Shown here: positions 1 to 9,593 of the stretch, piece after piece
Layout of the letters: the number at the start of each line of letters is the position of its first letter
Position numbering within the stretch: the first letter of the stretch is position 1
NCBI GenBank assembly: GCA_964412195.1
Contig: CAYPNP010000003.1
Span: 160,386 to 224,385 of the forward strand
DNA length: 64,000 bases
Source of the DNA: an uncultured Acidobacteriota bacterium
GTDB taxonomy: Bacteria; Acidobacteriota; JAAYUB01
Reading direction: 5' to 3'
Notes under the pieces: generated by a model
Seen by the model: only the letters and a program-made list of their open reading frames with translations
Told to the model about the DNA's origin: nothing
Databases searched by the model: none
Position numbers and translations under genes: made by a program

Positions 1-702
1 TCTGTATGATACCGCCGCCACCGGCACAGGGTAGGTACCCCGACCGGCCGGGAGGGGCGCGAAGGATCCGCCGCTGGGATGATGGGAGTCCGCCGGTCAA
101 CTCCGTCTGATTCCGGTCAGCGTCTCGATCTCCTTCAGGCGGGGGAGGAGATGTTTGCCAGGGACGTGGATGGAATTGTGTCTCGCTCCCCCCGATCCCG
201 GCAGCTGGTCCCGCGCGCCCTGCCTGTCGGGGTACCTCCCGCCTGCCGGTGCTGACGCCGTGCTCGCTGAGAGGGCCTGTGCTCGTCATCATGCTCGACG
301 GATGACCGGTGACGGCTCGTGTTCGTCATCGTCATCGTAATCGTGCTCGTGATCGTACTCATGCTCGGCGATGCTCCCTCACCGCGAAGGCACCAGGTCT
401 GCCAAGCAGAATTCAGCACGGATGAACACGGATGCCCAATCCGATGCAGCCGGATCCATTCAATCGTGATTATGTCTGGCAAGAACATGTCCGACTGCCG
501 GTCCGAACCGGGATGAATAGACCGGGTCCGTGTGAATCGGTCCGTTATCCGTGTAGATCCGTGTTGAATCTCTGGTCATCCTTCACTGGAGCCATGTCAT
601 GCCAGGTTTCCCGTGGGTTGGCCTGACGGGAGTTTCCTCCGTCCGGCACGACCGACAGCGCCGGTTTTGGTACAATGATGCCAGTGATTTCATCCCGCGA
701 GG

Positions 703-1455
703 TTGCCCATGAGTCCAGTCGACGATGATGAGGCCGGGGAGATCGGCCGGCGGTTCCAGGAACTGACCAAATACCACCCGGGGCGGATGCCCGGCGGGCG
801 GCCCCGCCGCAAGGCGCCTCCGGAGCCCTTCAAATCGTATCCGGCCGCGGAGGCGGTCGTGGCACTCCCCCCCGGGCGGCCGGATCTCCGGCACGACCTG
901 TGGGAGGTGATGGAGCGCCGGCGCTCCCGACGGGACTATACGGGAGCGGATTTGCCGCTGGCGGACCTGGGGATGCTGCTGTGGGCCTGCCAGGGAGTGA
1001 CGGGCCGGATGCACGGCTACCGGTTCCGGACGGCCCCCTCCGCCGGGGCGCTTTACCCCATCGAGACCTACGTCTTTGCCCGCGCCGTGGCGGGCCTGGC
1101 GCCCGGCTTCTGGCACCTGGATGTGAAGGAGTGGCGCCTGGAGCTGGTCCGGGCAGGCGACCTGGCCTGGGAGCTGGCCGAGGCGGCGCTGGGGCAGGGG
1201 ATGGTGGCCCAGGCGGCGGCGACCTTCCTGTGGACGGCGGTGGTGGAGCGCTCCGCCTGGAAGTACGGCCAGCGCGCCTACCGGTACATCTACCTGGACG
1301 CCGCCCACATCGCCGCCCACCTCAGTCTGGCGGCTGAAGCCTTGGGCCTGGGCGGCTGCGCAATCGCCGCCCTCTACGACGACGAGGTGAACCGGCTGCT
1401 GGGCGTGGACGGCGTCGAGGAGACGATCCTGTACATGAGCGTCGTCGGCCGCTAG
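703..1455 (+). CDS. SagB/ThcOx-type nitroreductase-family dehydrogenase (standalone)
   Basis: 250-aa ORF with TTG start; nitroreductase-fold motifs RRSRRDY...GALYPIE typical of SagB-type dehydrogenases. Confidence 0.65.
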   Translation: MPMSPVDDDEAGEIGRRFQELTKYHPGRMPGGRPRRKAPPEPFKSYPAAEAVVALPPGRPDLRHDLWEVMERRRSRRDYTGADLPLADLGMLLWACQGVTGRMHGYRFRTAPSAGALYPIETYVFARAVAGLAPGFWHLDVKEWRLELVRAGDLAWELAEAALGQGMVAQAAATFLWTAVVERSAWKYGQRAYRYIYLDAAHIAAHLSLAAEALGLGGCAIAALYDDEVNRLLGVDGVEETILYMSVVGR

Positions 1456-1770
1456 GCCCCGCGCCGCTCCTCAACTCGTGGCCGAAACGGTGAAACGGCG
1501 AAACGGCGAAACGGCGAGGCGGATAAGATCATTCGCCACGGAGTTCACAGAGCAATCCATTTGACATTGGCCATTTGACAATTTTCATTGGTCATTTTCC
1601 AAACCCAATCCGATCGCGGGATCTGGCTTGAAATGAGAAGCGGCAATTGGCATTTGTCCAATGATAAACGGATTGCTCTGTGGCCTCTGTGTCGCTGTGG
1701 TGAATTCTGCCTGAAACTTTTCGCGGCGGAAGAGGTTTAACCGGTCGACGCAGACATTTCGGGAACGGAG

Positions 1771-2262
1771 GTGACCATGACCAAGCGTGTGATCCTGAGC
1801 GCCTTGCTCCTGCTGACCGGGCTGGCGGCCGTGGCGTCGGCCCAGGGCGAGGACCCGGCCTGGGGCGAGCAGCGGAAGGCCATCCTGCTGGGCGATCTGA
1901 AGGCCGGATTGAACCTGTCCGACGATCAGATGGCCGCGCTGGACGCCCTCTGCCTGGCCTACAAGGCGGAGGCCATCGCCAAGGCCCAGGAAATCGGCGA
2001 CATCCTCCTGCAGATCCGCGAATTGAGCCGCGACTGGCAGGCCAATTTCACGGCGATTGTCCACCTGCAGTTCGACCTCTACGTCAAGGAGTTCGAGCTG
2101 AACGAGCTGAAGCGGGCCCTCGCCGACGATGTGGGCGGAGTGCTGGCCGCGGAGCAGGCGGATGCGAAGCCCCTGGTGCTGCACGTCCTGGATGAGGCTT
2201 ATCGCCTCACGCCCAGGCGCCCGGGCCCGCGCACCGGGCAGGAAGGCGGCGACACCGACTGA
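1771..2262 (+). CDS. secreted hypothetical protein with LTxxQ-like motif (CpxP/Spy-like?)
   Basis: N-terminal signal peptide LLLLTGLAAVASAQG; helical, LSDDQ motif; function unknown. Confidence 0.45.
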   Translation: MTMTKRVILSALLLLTGLAAVASAQGEDPAWGEQRKAILLGDLKAGLNLSDDQMAALDALCLAYKAEAIAKAQEIGDILLQIRELSRDWQANFTAIVHLQFDLYVKEFELNELKRALADDVGGVLAAEQADAKPLVLHVLDEAYRLTPRRPGPRTGQEGGDTD

Positions 2263-2317
2263 GCCGGCGGAATCCCAGACGTTCTCCGGGCGGGCGCTCT
2301 CTGGCCCGCCCCTTTTT

Positions 2318-2497
2318 TTTCAAGCTGAACATTGAACATCGAACATTGAACATCGAACATCGAAGGAAAACCCGCGGCAGCAGGGTTTGAACGGACGAAA
2401 ACAGTCTGGAACGGCGGGGTACTTGCTCCAGTCTTCGAATCACTGGATCTACTTCAAAGTTCGATGTTCAATGTTCGATGTTCAATGTTCGCTTTGA
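2318..2497. repeat. inverted pair of CGAACAT heptamer arrays flanking about 90-bp core (MITE-like or hairpin)
   Basis: 2318-2362 aacattgaacatcgaacattgaacatcgaacatcgaa is the reverse complement of 2452-2497 ttcgatgttcaatgttcgatgttcaatgttcg. Confidence 0.7.
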
Positions 2498-2541
2498 CGA
2501 TCTGACTATCCAGCAAAACTCTTCTCTGGGATAATGGCGCC

Positions 2542-3462
2542 ATGGAACTCTACGGCGCCATCGACATCGGGACCAACTCCATCAAGGGTGTGCTGTTGGC
2601 CCGCGACTCCGCCGGCGGCTGGCGGGTGGTGGACGACCGCGTGGAGATCGCCAAGCTGGGGCAGGGGGTCCGGGAGACCGGCTGCCTCCGGGCCGAGGCC
2701 ATGGACCGGGCCGCCGCCGCCGTGGGCCGGCTGGCCGACGTCCTGCGCAGGGCGGGGGCGGGCCGCCTGGTGGCGGTGGGCACCATGGCCCTGCGGAACG
2801 CCGCCAACGCAGGGGAATTTTTAGAGCGGCTCCGAGCGGAATGCGGCCTTGAAGTCGAGGTGGTGTCTGGCGAGGAGGAGGCACGCCTCTCCTTCCTGGG
2901 CGCCGCGGGGGGACGGCCCGGCGCCGGCGGGCCGGTGGCCGTGACGGACATCGGCGGCGGCAGCACCGAGTTGATCCTCGGCCGCGGCGCCGCCCTCGAA
3001 TCGAAGGCGAGCCTGGACCTCGGCGCCCTGCACCTCACCGAGCGGTTCCTGCCCTCGGACCCGCCCGCGGAGGCCGAGGTGGAGGCCGCCCGGGCGCACG
3101 TGGGCGAAGCAGTCGCCGGCTTGCCAGTCCCGCCGGAAAACTCGCTCCTGGTGGCCATCGGCGGCACGGCCACCACCCTGGCGGCGGTCGTCCACCGGCT
3201 GGCCGCGTACGACGCCGCGATCGTCCATGGTACCGTGCTGGCGCGGGCGACGGTCGACGGCCTGATCGAGCGGTTCCGGAGCGTTCCCCTGGCGATGCGG
3301 CGGACCATCCCGGGCCTGCCGCCGGAGCGGGCCGACATCATCCTGGCGGGCAGCCTGATCCTGCGCGGCGTGATGGACCGGGTCGGCGCCGGCGAGGTGA
3401 CGGTCAGCGACTGGGGCCTCCGGCACGGCGTCATCCTCGATCGCTATACCCCTGTCAGTTGA
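2542..3462 (+). CDS. Ppx/GppA-family phosphatase (exopolyphosphatase / pppGpp phosphohydrolase)
   Basis: N-terminal AIDIGTNSIK actin-like ATPase motif of the Ppx/GppA family; 306 aa. Confidence 0.8.
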   Translation: MELYGAIDIGTNSIKGVLLARDSAGGWRVVDDRVEIAKLGQGVRETGCLRAEAMDRAAAAVGRLADVLRRAGAGRLVAVGTMALRNAANAGEFLERLRAECGLEVEVVSGEEEARLSFLGAAGGRPGAGGPVAVTDIGGGSTELILGRGAALESKASLDLGALHLTERFLPSDPPAEAEVEAARAHVGEAVAGLPVPPENSLLVAIGGTATTLAAVVHRLAAYDAAIVHGTVLARATVDGLIERFRSVPLAMRRTIPGLPPERADIILAGSLILRGVMDRVGAGEVTVSDWGLRHGVILDRYTPVS

Positions 3463-3469
3463 GTCGAGG

Positions 3470-3600
3470 CAGATCTCAATTTCCAGAACGCAAACTATTT
3501 GTTATTGGATATTGATTATTTGTTATTTGTTATATCCGAATTGTTTTCCATAGATTGATATAACCAATAACAATTAATCAATAATCATTAACAAATCTTC
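3470..3600. repeat. AT-rich imperfect palindrome (TTGTTAT/ATTGATT repeats) at convergent gene junction; probable bidirectional terminator or MITE-like
   Basis: Arms ttgttattggatattgattatttgttatttgttatat and atataaccaataacaattaatcaataatcattaacaa are near reverse complements; about 25% GC inside a 68% GC genome. Confidence 0.55.
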
Positions 3601-3622
3601 TGCTGATCCCCATTCCCCCGGT

Positions 3623-5530
3623 TCAACCTTTCCCATCCACCCGGGCCTTCCGTTCCTCCAGGTATTCCCAGCGCTCGTACGCGGCGGCCAGTTCCGCTTC
3701 CAGGTCTTGCAGACGGGAGTTGAAGGCGGCGACATCCCGGTTGGCGGTGCGGTACAGACCGGGGTCGACCAAAGCCCGGCAGACGCGCTCCTTCTCCGCT
3801 TCCAGCTCGTGGATCCTGTCCGGCAGGGCTTCCAATTCCCGCTCTTCCTTGTAGCTCATCCTGTTGTCCGGCGGCCGGGATTTGGGAGGCGGTTTTTTCG
3901 CAGGCGGCTTTTCGGCCACGGTTTCGGAAGTGTCCCTCTGACGAAGCCAGTCGTCGTATCCGCCCACGTATTCCTCGATCTTCCCATCCCCGGCAAACAC
4001 CAGGGTGCTGGTCACCACATTGTTCAGGAACGCCCTGTCGTGGCTGACCAGCAGCAGGGTGCCTTCGAATTCGAGGAGCACCTCCTCCAGCAGTTCGAGG
4101 GTTTCGATGTCCAGATCGTTGGTCGGCTCGTCGAGCACCAGCACGTTGGCCGGCTGGGTGAACAGGCGGGCCAACAGCAAGCGGCACCGTTCCCCGCCGG
4201 AGAGGCTCTTCACCTTGGCCCGCGCCTGTTCCGCGGAAAAGAGGAATCGCTGCAGGTAGCCGATCACGTGCTGGCTCACCCCCCGGATCGTCACCGTGTC
4301 GTGGCCGCCGGCCACGTTGTCGAACACGGATTTCTCGCTGTCCAGTTGATTACGCAACTGGTCAAAGTAAAGGACTTCCAGGTTGACTCCATGGCGGACG
4401 CTCCCCTTCTGCGGCGCGAGGTCGCCCAGCAACAGGCGCAGCAGCGTGGTTTTTCCGCAGCCGTTGGGCCCGATGATGCCCACCCGGTCCCGGCGCAGGA
4501 TGGTGGCGGAAAAATCGCGGATCATGGGCTTGTCGGCGTACTGGTAGGAAATGTGCTCCGCCTCGATGACCAGCTTGCCGGATCGCTGTCCGGACTGCAT
4601 GGCCATCCTGACTTGGCCGGGACGCTCCTGCCGCTGCCGCCGCTGTTCCCTCATCTTCATCAGGGCCCGGACGCGGCCCTCGTTCCGGGTGCGGCGGGCC
4701 TTGATGCCCTGGCGGATCCATTCCTCCTCGATGGCCAGCTTCTTGTCGAAGAGCCGGTTCTGGCTCTCTTCCGCGGCCAGGCTTTCCTCCTTGCGCCGGA
4801 GGAAGGTGGCGTAATCGCACGGCCAGTCGAACAGCCGGCCCCGGTCGATTTCCACGATCCGGCTGGCCAGCTTCTGCACGAGCACCCGGTCGTGGGTCAC
4901 CATCACGAGGGTGCCGCCGTATTCCGCCAGGAAGCTCTCCAGCCAGGCGATTGCGTCAATGTCCAGGTGGTTGGTGGGTTCGTCGAGCAGGAGGATGTCC
5001 GGCCCTGAAACCAGGGCTTGGGCCAGCAGGGTGCGACGCTTCAGCCCGGTGGACAGGGTCGTGAATTCCGTGTCGGCCGGCAGCGTCATGCGGGCGATGA
5101 CCGTGTCGACGCGGCGGTGGATTTCCCACCCTTGCTCCGCGTCCAGCTGATGGCTGAGGCGTTCCAGGCGGGCCATCAGCTTAAGTTCATCCCCGCGGTG
5201 CTCCGCCAGCAGGGCGCTGGTCTGATGGTAATCGGCCAGGAGCCGGCCTTTGGCGGCGAGCCCGGAGGTGACGATGTCGAAGACAGTGCCGGCGGTGCCG
5301 GTGGGGATCTCCTGGTCCAGGCGGGCGGTGGTGACACCCTGCCCGCGGCTGACGCTGCCGCTGTCCGGGACGATCTCCCCGTGGATCAGCTTCAACAGCG
5401 TGGTCTTGCCGCTGCCGTTGCGCCCCAGCAAGCAGACCCGCTCGTGGCGTTCGATGTGCATTTGGACGTGGTCCAGCAGCAGATGGCCGCCGTAGCCGAT
5501 GCACGCGTCTTTCACGCTGATGAGCGCCAT
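3623..5530 (-). CDS. ABC-F family ATPase (Uup/EttA-like; two ABC cassettes plus C-terminal coiled coil)
   Basis: Two Walker A motifs (GRNGSGKTTLL, GPNGCGKTTLL) and two LSGGE signatures; basic coiled-coil C-terminus; start MALISVKD chosen downstream of the ORF-track start. Confidence 0.85.
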   Translation of the reverse strand: MALISVKDACIGYGGHLLLDHVQMHIERHERVCLLGRNGSGKTTLLKLIHGEIVPDSGSVSRGQGVTTARLDQEIPTGTAGTVFDIVTSGLAAKGRLLADYHQTSALLAEHRGDELKLMARLERLSHQLDAEQGWEIHRRVDTVIARMTLPADTEFTTLSTGLKRRTLLAQALVSGPDILLLDEPTNHLDIDAIAWLESFLAEYGGTLVMVTHDRVLVQKLASRIVEIDRGRLFDWPCDYATFLRRKEESLAAEESQNRLFDKKLAIEEEWIRQGIKARRTRNEGRVRALMKMREQRRQRQERPGQVRMAMQSGQRSGKLVIEAEHISYQYADKPMIRDFSATILRRDRVGIIGPNGCGKTTLLRLLLGDLAPQKGSVRHGVNLEVLYFDQLRNQLDSEKSVFDNVAGGHDTVTIRGVSQHVIGYLQRFLFSAEQARAKVKSLSGGERCRLLLARLFTQPANVLVLDEPTNDLDIETLELLEEVLLEFEGTLLLVSHDRAFLNNVVTSTLVFAGDGKIEEYVGGYDDWLRQRDTSETVAEKPPAKKPPPKSRPPDNRMSYKEERELEALPDRIHELEAEKERVCRALVDPGLYRTANRDVAAFNSRLQDLEAELAAAYERWEYLEERKARVDGKG

Positions 5531-6057
5531 CCTGGGTGCGTCCTTCCTGGTTGCTTCCGCCGGAGAGTTGTCCGGCTCGTCCCACCGGATCCTCCCCGGA
5601 TCGGCGTTCCCGGACAAGATAATGCATTCCCACCCCGGCGCCAACGGAAAAACAAAAGGCCGGGCCTCCTCCGCCGGAAATCGTTGTCTCCGCGGAGCCG
5701 GTGTCGGGATCAGACGGAGTTGTCCGGCCCGCTCCCGCCCTCGAGGCGACTCCAGCCTTGCGCCCCTCCCGGCCGGTCGGGGTACCTCCCGTGTGCCGGG
5801 GGCGGCGTTGTCGCCTTCGACGGAAATGGCGCCCGCGTCCGGGATTGACTCTGCGATCTCTACGTCTCTGCGTGAATATACTTCGGGGCTCGAAGCCGGG
5901 GGCTTGGGACTCGGCAGACGTTGACAAACAGTAGTGGGGTCGAGACCCGAGCACCGAATCCCGAGACCCGATTACGAGCACGATAACGATTACGAGCACG
6001 AGCACGAGGAGGATCGGTGGATTTCTTTTTTCGAGGGAGCTGGACGGGGAAAAAAAT

Positions 6058-6110
6058 AGCGGCCGGCTTTTCTATCCCCCCTATAGCATAGAAAGGCCGG
6101 CCGCCTTGAG
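6058..6110 (-). terminator. rho-independent terminator (17-bp perfect stem plus T-run) on minus strand
   Basis: GCGGCCGGCTTTTCTAT...ATAGAAAGGCCGGCCGC inverted repeat; minus-strand reading is followed by TTTTTTTCCCC. Confidence 0.5.
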
Positions 6111-6397
6111 AGTTGGGAGAATAATGGTACGCTATCATTTTTTCGGAGCGGGCCGGTCCTGGCAAGCGACAAAAAGCGACAATATGCGACACGGGGCGAA
6201 ACAGCCTGATATCAAATCAGATAGTGACTTGAAAAACCCGCCGAAATATCGCCGGCGGAATTGATTTTTTCAGTCCAGCAGGCCAATGGACGACCGCTTT
6301 GTTGGACGAGGTTCGCCCCCGATGAACAATTGGGGGATCCAAAGATGTTTCCAAGGGAAATTTGGGATTGCTTCCGCCGATCCACCGACTCACCTAT

Positions 6398-7315
6398 TCA
6401 CCGATTCACCGACAACATCTCCCGCAGCGCCGGCTCCAGCTCCGGCCAGCGGAAGGCGTAGCCGGATTCCAGCAGGCGGCGGGGGCGGACATGCGCCCCG
6501 CCCAGCAGGGCCTCGTCGGCCATCTCGCCGAACAGGAGCCGCAGGGCGAAGGCGGGCACCGGCAGGGCCGCCGGCCGGCGCAGCACCCGGGCGAGGGTCC
6601 GGGTCCATTTGGTGTTGTCGGGGATTTCCGGCGCCACGGCGTTGACCGGTCCGTCCATCCCTTCCTGGCGGATCAAGTGTAGCACGATGCGCGGGATTTC
6701 CTCGAGCGCGATCCAGGGGACGGGCTGTCGGCCGTCGCCGATCCGCCCGCCCAGCCCCAGGCGGAAGACCGGCAGCAGGCGTGCCAGCGCGCCGCCGGCC
6801 GGACTCAGCACCATGCCGAAGCGCAGGTGAATTACCCGGATACCTGCGTCCCGGGCCGGATCGGCGGCGGTTTCCCAGGCGCGGCAGACGCGGGACAGGA
6901 ATCCCTCGCCGGGACGGCTGCCCTCGTCGACAGGCTCCTCCGGCGGGCGGCTGCCATAATAGCCGACGGCGGAGGCGGTCAGGAACAGGCGCGGCGGTTC
7001 CCGGAGCCGGAGCAGTGCCTGGGTGAGGGTCTGGGTGCCGGCGACGCGGCTGTGGAGGATCTCGTCCTTGTACCGCGCGCTCCAGCGGCGGCCGGCGATG
7101 CCGGCGCCGGCGAGGTGGATCACCACGTCGGCACCTTCCAACCGGTCGGGCTCCAGCCGGCCCTGGCCGGGGTCCCATGGGATCTCGTCCTGGGCGGCGG
7201 TCTCGGCGGGGCGGCGCACCAGCTTCACGCAGTGGATAGCTGGATCGAGGCCCGGCAGTTCCCGGACGAGGCAGGAGCCGATCAGGCCGGACGCGCCCGA
7301 AATCACGATCCGCAT
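6398..7315 (-). CDS. TIGR01777/YfcH-family NAD-dependent epimerase/dehydratase-fold protein (DUF1731 C-terminus)
   Basis: MRIVISGASGLIGSCL Rossmann motif; YfcH-like length and C-terminal region. Confidence 0.75.
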   Translation of the reverse strand: MRIVISGASGLIGSCLVRELPGLDPAIHCVKLVRRPAETAAQDEIPWDPGQGRLEPDRLEGADVVIHLAGAGIAGRRWSARYKDEILHSRVAGTQTLTQALLRLREPPRLFLTASAVGYYGSRPPEEPVDEGSRPGEGFLSRVCRAWETAADPARDAGIRVIHLRFGMVLSPAGGALARLLPVFRLGLGGRIGDGRQPVPWIALEEIPRIVLHLIRQEGMDGPVNAVAPEIPDNTKWTRTLARVLRRPAALPVPAFALRLLFGEMADEALLGGAHVRPRRLLESGYAFRWPELEPALREMLSVNR

Positions 7316-7512
7316 GACGACCTCCGGCAATCAAACCGCGAAGGCACAAAGGCCGGATAGGCGAACCAAACGCTGAACGTCCAACGTCGAACTCAGAACG
7401 CCGAACAGGAAAAACCGAATCCTAGGCAACAGCCCGGATTGACTTCGACGATCAGCGTTCGATGTTCAATGCTTGACGTTCGGATCCCAGTTCCGGTCAA
7501 ACAGGCCGGCAA

Positions 7513-7674
7513 TCACTCTACTGGTTCGAATTGATCCTTGCCCACGCCGCAGTCGGGGCAGACCCAGTCGTCGGGGAGCTTCTCGAAGGGCGTGCCCGGG
7601 GGAACGCCGTTGTCGGGGTCGCCGACGGCCGGATCGTAGACATAATTGCAGATGATGCAGACGTACTTCTTCAT
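7513..7674 (-). CDS. rubredoxin
   Basis: Hand-translated 53-aa [56 protein letters not shown] with CxxC...CPDCG iron site; RBS GGAGAAAGG; below the 60-aa cutoff of the ORF track. Confidence 0.85.
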   Translation of the reverse strand: MKKYVCIICNYVYDPAVGDPDNGVPPGTPFEKLPDDWVCPDCGVGKDQFEPVE

Positions 7675-7695
7675 CGGATTATCCTTTCTCCGGGC

Positions 7696-8907
7696 TCACG
7701 CCGGGGGGCAGATTTCCGCCAGCCGCCGAGCCAGCTCCAGTCCGAGGGCGTAGCACTTGGCGAGGTCATCCTCGTTGGGCACGTAGACGGCCATCACTCC
7801 GTCGGAGACCGGCTCTACGCCCATGTCCTTGAGCAATTCGTTGATCTGGGGCACCGCCTTGGGCGCCCAGCCGTAGGAACCGAACGCGGCTCCGAGGCGC
7901 CCCTTCGGCTTGAGCCCGCGCAGGTAGGTCAGCACGTCGGCCACAGTCGGGAACATCTGGCTGTTGAGGGTAGGCGAGCCCACCGCCAGGACGCCGGCCT
8001 CCAGCATCTCGGTGGCCACCTCGCTGCGGTGGCAGCCGCCCAGCGGCATCACCACCGGTTTGGCGCCACCCGCCTTGAGGCCGTCGGCGACCGCCCGGGC
8101 CATCCGGTCGGTGCTGCCCCACATCGTGTCGAACACCACCACCGCCTTCCGCGTGGGCGCCTGGGCGGCCCAGCGGGCGTAAAGCTCGAGGATCCGCTTC
8201 GGGTTGGCGCGCCACACCGGGCCGTGGTCCGGGGCGATCCGGCGGAAGTCGAGGCCGAGCTGGCCGACCTTTTCCAGCAGCTTCTGGACCAGGTTGGAGT
8301 ACGGCAGGAGGATGTTGGCGTAGTATTTGGCCGCTTCGTACTCCAGGACCCATGGGTCGACCTCGTCGTCGAAGCGCTGGCTGGTGGCCAGGTGCATGCC
8401 GAAGGCGTCCTGAGAGAAGAGCAGCTTCTCCTGTTCGAGGTAGGCGATCATGCTGTCGGGCCAGTGGAGCATGCGGGTCTCGTGGAAGAGCAGGGCGGTG
8501 TCTCCCAGCGGGATCCGGGTCCCATCCGCCACCGCCTCCACCGGCAGGTCGGGCCGGAAATGCTTCTGCAGCGCCTTGACGCCCATGGGCGAGGCGAAGA
8601 CCTTGTCGGGCCGGATGATGTCCATCACCTCCGGCAGGCAGCCGGTGTGGTCCAGCTCGGAATGGTTGGACACGATGTAGCGGACCAGCCGTGGATCGAC
8701 CACGGAGGCGATCCTGGCCAGCAGCTCCTCTTGGAATGGCTTCTTGACCGTGTCGATGAGGGTGACCGGGTCGCCCATCACCAGGAATGCGTTGTAGGTG
8801 GTGCCGCGCTCCGTCGCGTATCCGTGGAAGTCCCGGATGGCCCAGTCGATGGCGCCCACCCAGTAGACCCGGTCCGTGACGGGGATGGCTTTGAATACCT
8901 TTTCCAT
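7696..8907 (-). CDS. flavodiiron protein (FprA/ROO type: metallo-beta-lactamase-like diiron domain plus flavodoxin domain)
   Basis: 403 aa; diiron His/Asp ligand motif HSELDH-type; C-terminal flavodoxin-like region; RBS GGAGAG. Confidence 0.85.
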   Translation of the reverse strand: MEKVFKAIPVTDRVYWVGAIDWAIRDFHGYATERGTTYNAFLVMGDPVTLIDTVKKPFQEELLARIASVVDPRLVRYIVSNHSELDHTGCLPEVMDIIRPDKVFASPMGVKALQKHFRPDLPVEAVADGTRIPLGDTALLFHETRMLHWPDSMIAYLEQEKLLFSQDAFGMHLATSQRFDDEVDPWVLEYEAAKYYANILLPYSNLVQKLLEKVGQLGLDFRRIAPDHGPVWRANPKRILELYARWAAQAPTRKAVVVFDTMWGSTDRMARAVADGLKAGGAKPVVMPLGGCHRSEVATEMLEAGVLAVGSPTLNSQMFPTVADVLTYLRGLKPKGRLGAAFGSYGWAPKAVPQINELLKDMGVEPVSDGVMAVYVPNEDDLAKCYALGLELARRLAEICPPA

Positions 8908-9035
8908 TTCTTCAATACTCTCCGTTCAATTCACACACTCGACCGGGACGGACATCGGAAATCGGATTTCGGACATCGGCCTTTTACAGCCGATCCCCGA
9001 TGTCCGAAGTCCGATGTCCGACAATCGTGCCCGGG

Positions 9036-9581
9036 TTATGCCATCGCCGTGCCGCCGTCAAATCCCGTGCGCTCCTGCTCCCGGAACCAGGCGGCGGGAT
9101 CGGCCAGGAAGGCCTTCATCTCGGACAGGGCGGTGTGATGGCCCGTCTCTTCCTCGATCATCCGCTTGATGAATCCCTTTTCCACCTCCTCGGTGGCGGC
9201 CTTCAGCTGGTCCTCGTAGAAGCGGACCGAATTGAACTCGAAGGTGATGCCCACGTCGAGGGCCTCGAGGTCGCCGGTGCCGGCCTGGATGTTGTGGCCC
9301 TGGGCCGCGGCCAGGTCGCGGAACACCTTGCCGAGGTCGGCGTGGCCTTCGCCGAAGCTCTTCCACTCCTCGGACCAGGTGTGCTGGGTGTTCAGCTGCT
9401 CGTAGATCTTCATAATCCGCTGGACGTGGATGTCCTCGTCCTTCTTCAACATGGTGAATATCTTCACCCCGAGCTGGTTCTTGCAGGTGGTGATGGCCTT
9501 CTCGTAAAACGCCTTGCCCTTCTCCTCCATCTCGAGGGCGGTGCTCAGCATGGCCAGGGCGCGGTTGAAATGATGCGTCAT
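9036..9581 (-). CDS. rubrerythrin-family ferritin-like diiron protein (erythrin domain only), paralog D
   Basis: Two ExxH pairs (EEKGKAFY/DEDIH and EFNSVRFY/EETGHH) give a four-helix-bundle diiron signature. Confidence 0.7.
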   Translation of the reverse strand: MTHHFNRALAMLSTALEMEEKGKAFYEKAITTCKNQLGVKIFTMLKKDEDIHVQRIMKIYEQLNTQHTWSEEWKSFGEGHADLGKVFRDLAAAQGHNIQAGTGDLEALDVGITFEFNSVRFYEDQLKAATEEVEKGFIKRMIEEETGHHTALSEMKAFLADPAAWFREQERTGFDGGTAMA

Positions 9582-9593
9582 GGGATGACCTCC

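Noticed and set aside
135-626. Small ORFs in 135-626 (including those with a recurring GGTPTGR peptide)
   Set aside because: The GGTPTGR peptide is the translation of the recurring TCGGGGTACCTCC DNA core (also seen in ORFs at 5187..6005 and 23486..24007); this is an artefact of a repeated non-coding element, not a protein family.
583-1337. ORFs 583..1320(-) and 900..1337(+) overlapping the SagB-like gene
   Set aside because: Arg/Pro/Gly-rich low-complexity translations in alternative frames of a high-GC gene, typical shadow ORFs; the same applies to 2550..3434(-), 3707..5008(+), 7531..9138(+), 9000..10472(+), 10033..11247(+), 15747..17357(+), 36556..38958(+), 45087..47753(-), 47096..49582(+), 47892..50663(-), 52615..54492(+), 23652..25643(-) and 25856..28672(-).
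2318-2497. Tandem short repeats as possible CRISPR arrays
   Set aside because: Repeat units are 7 nt with no unique spacers and no cas genes; they are not CRISPR.
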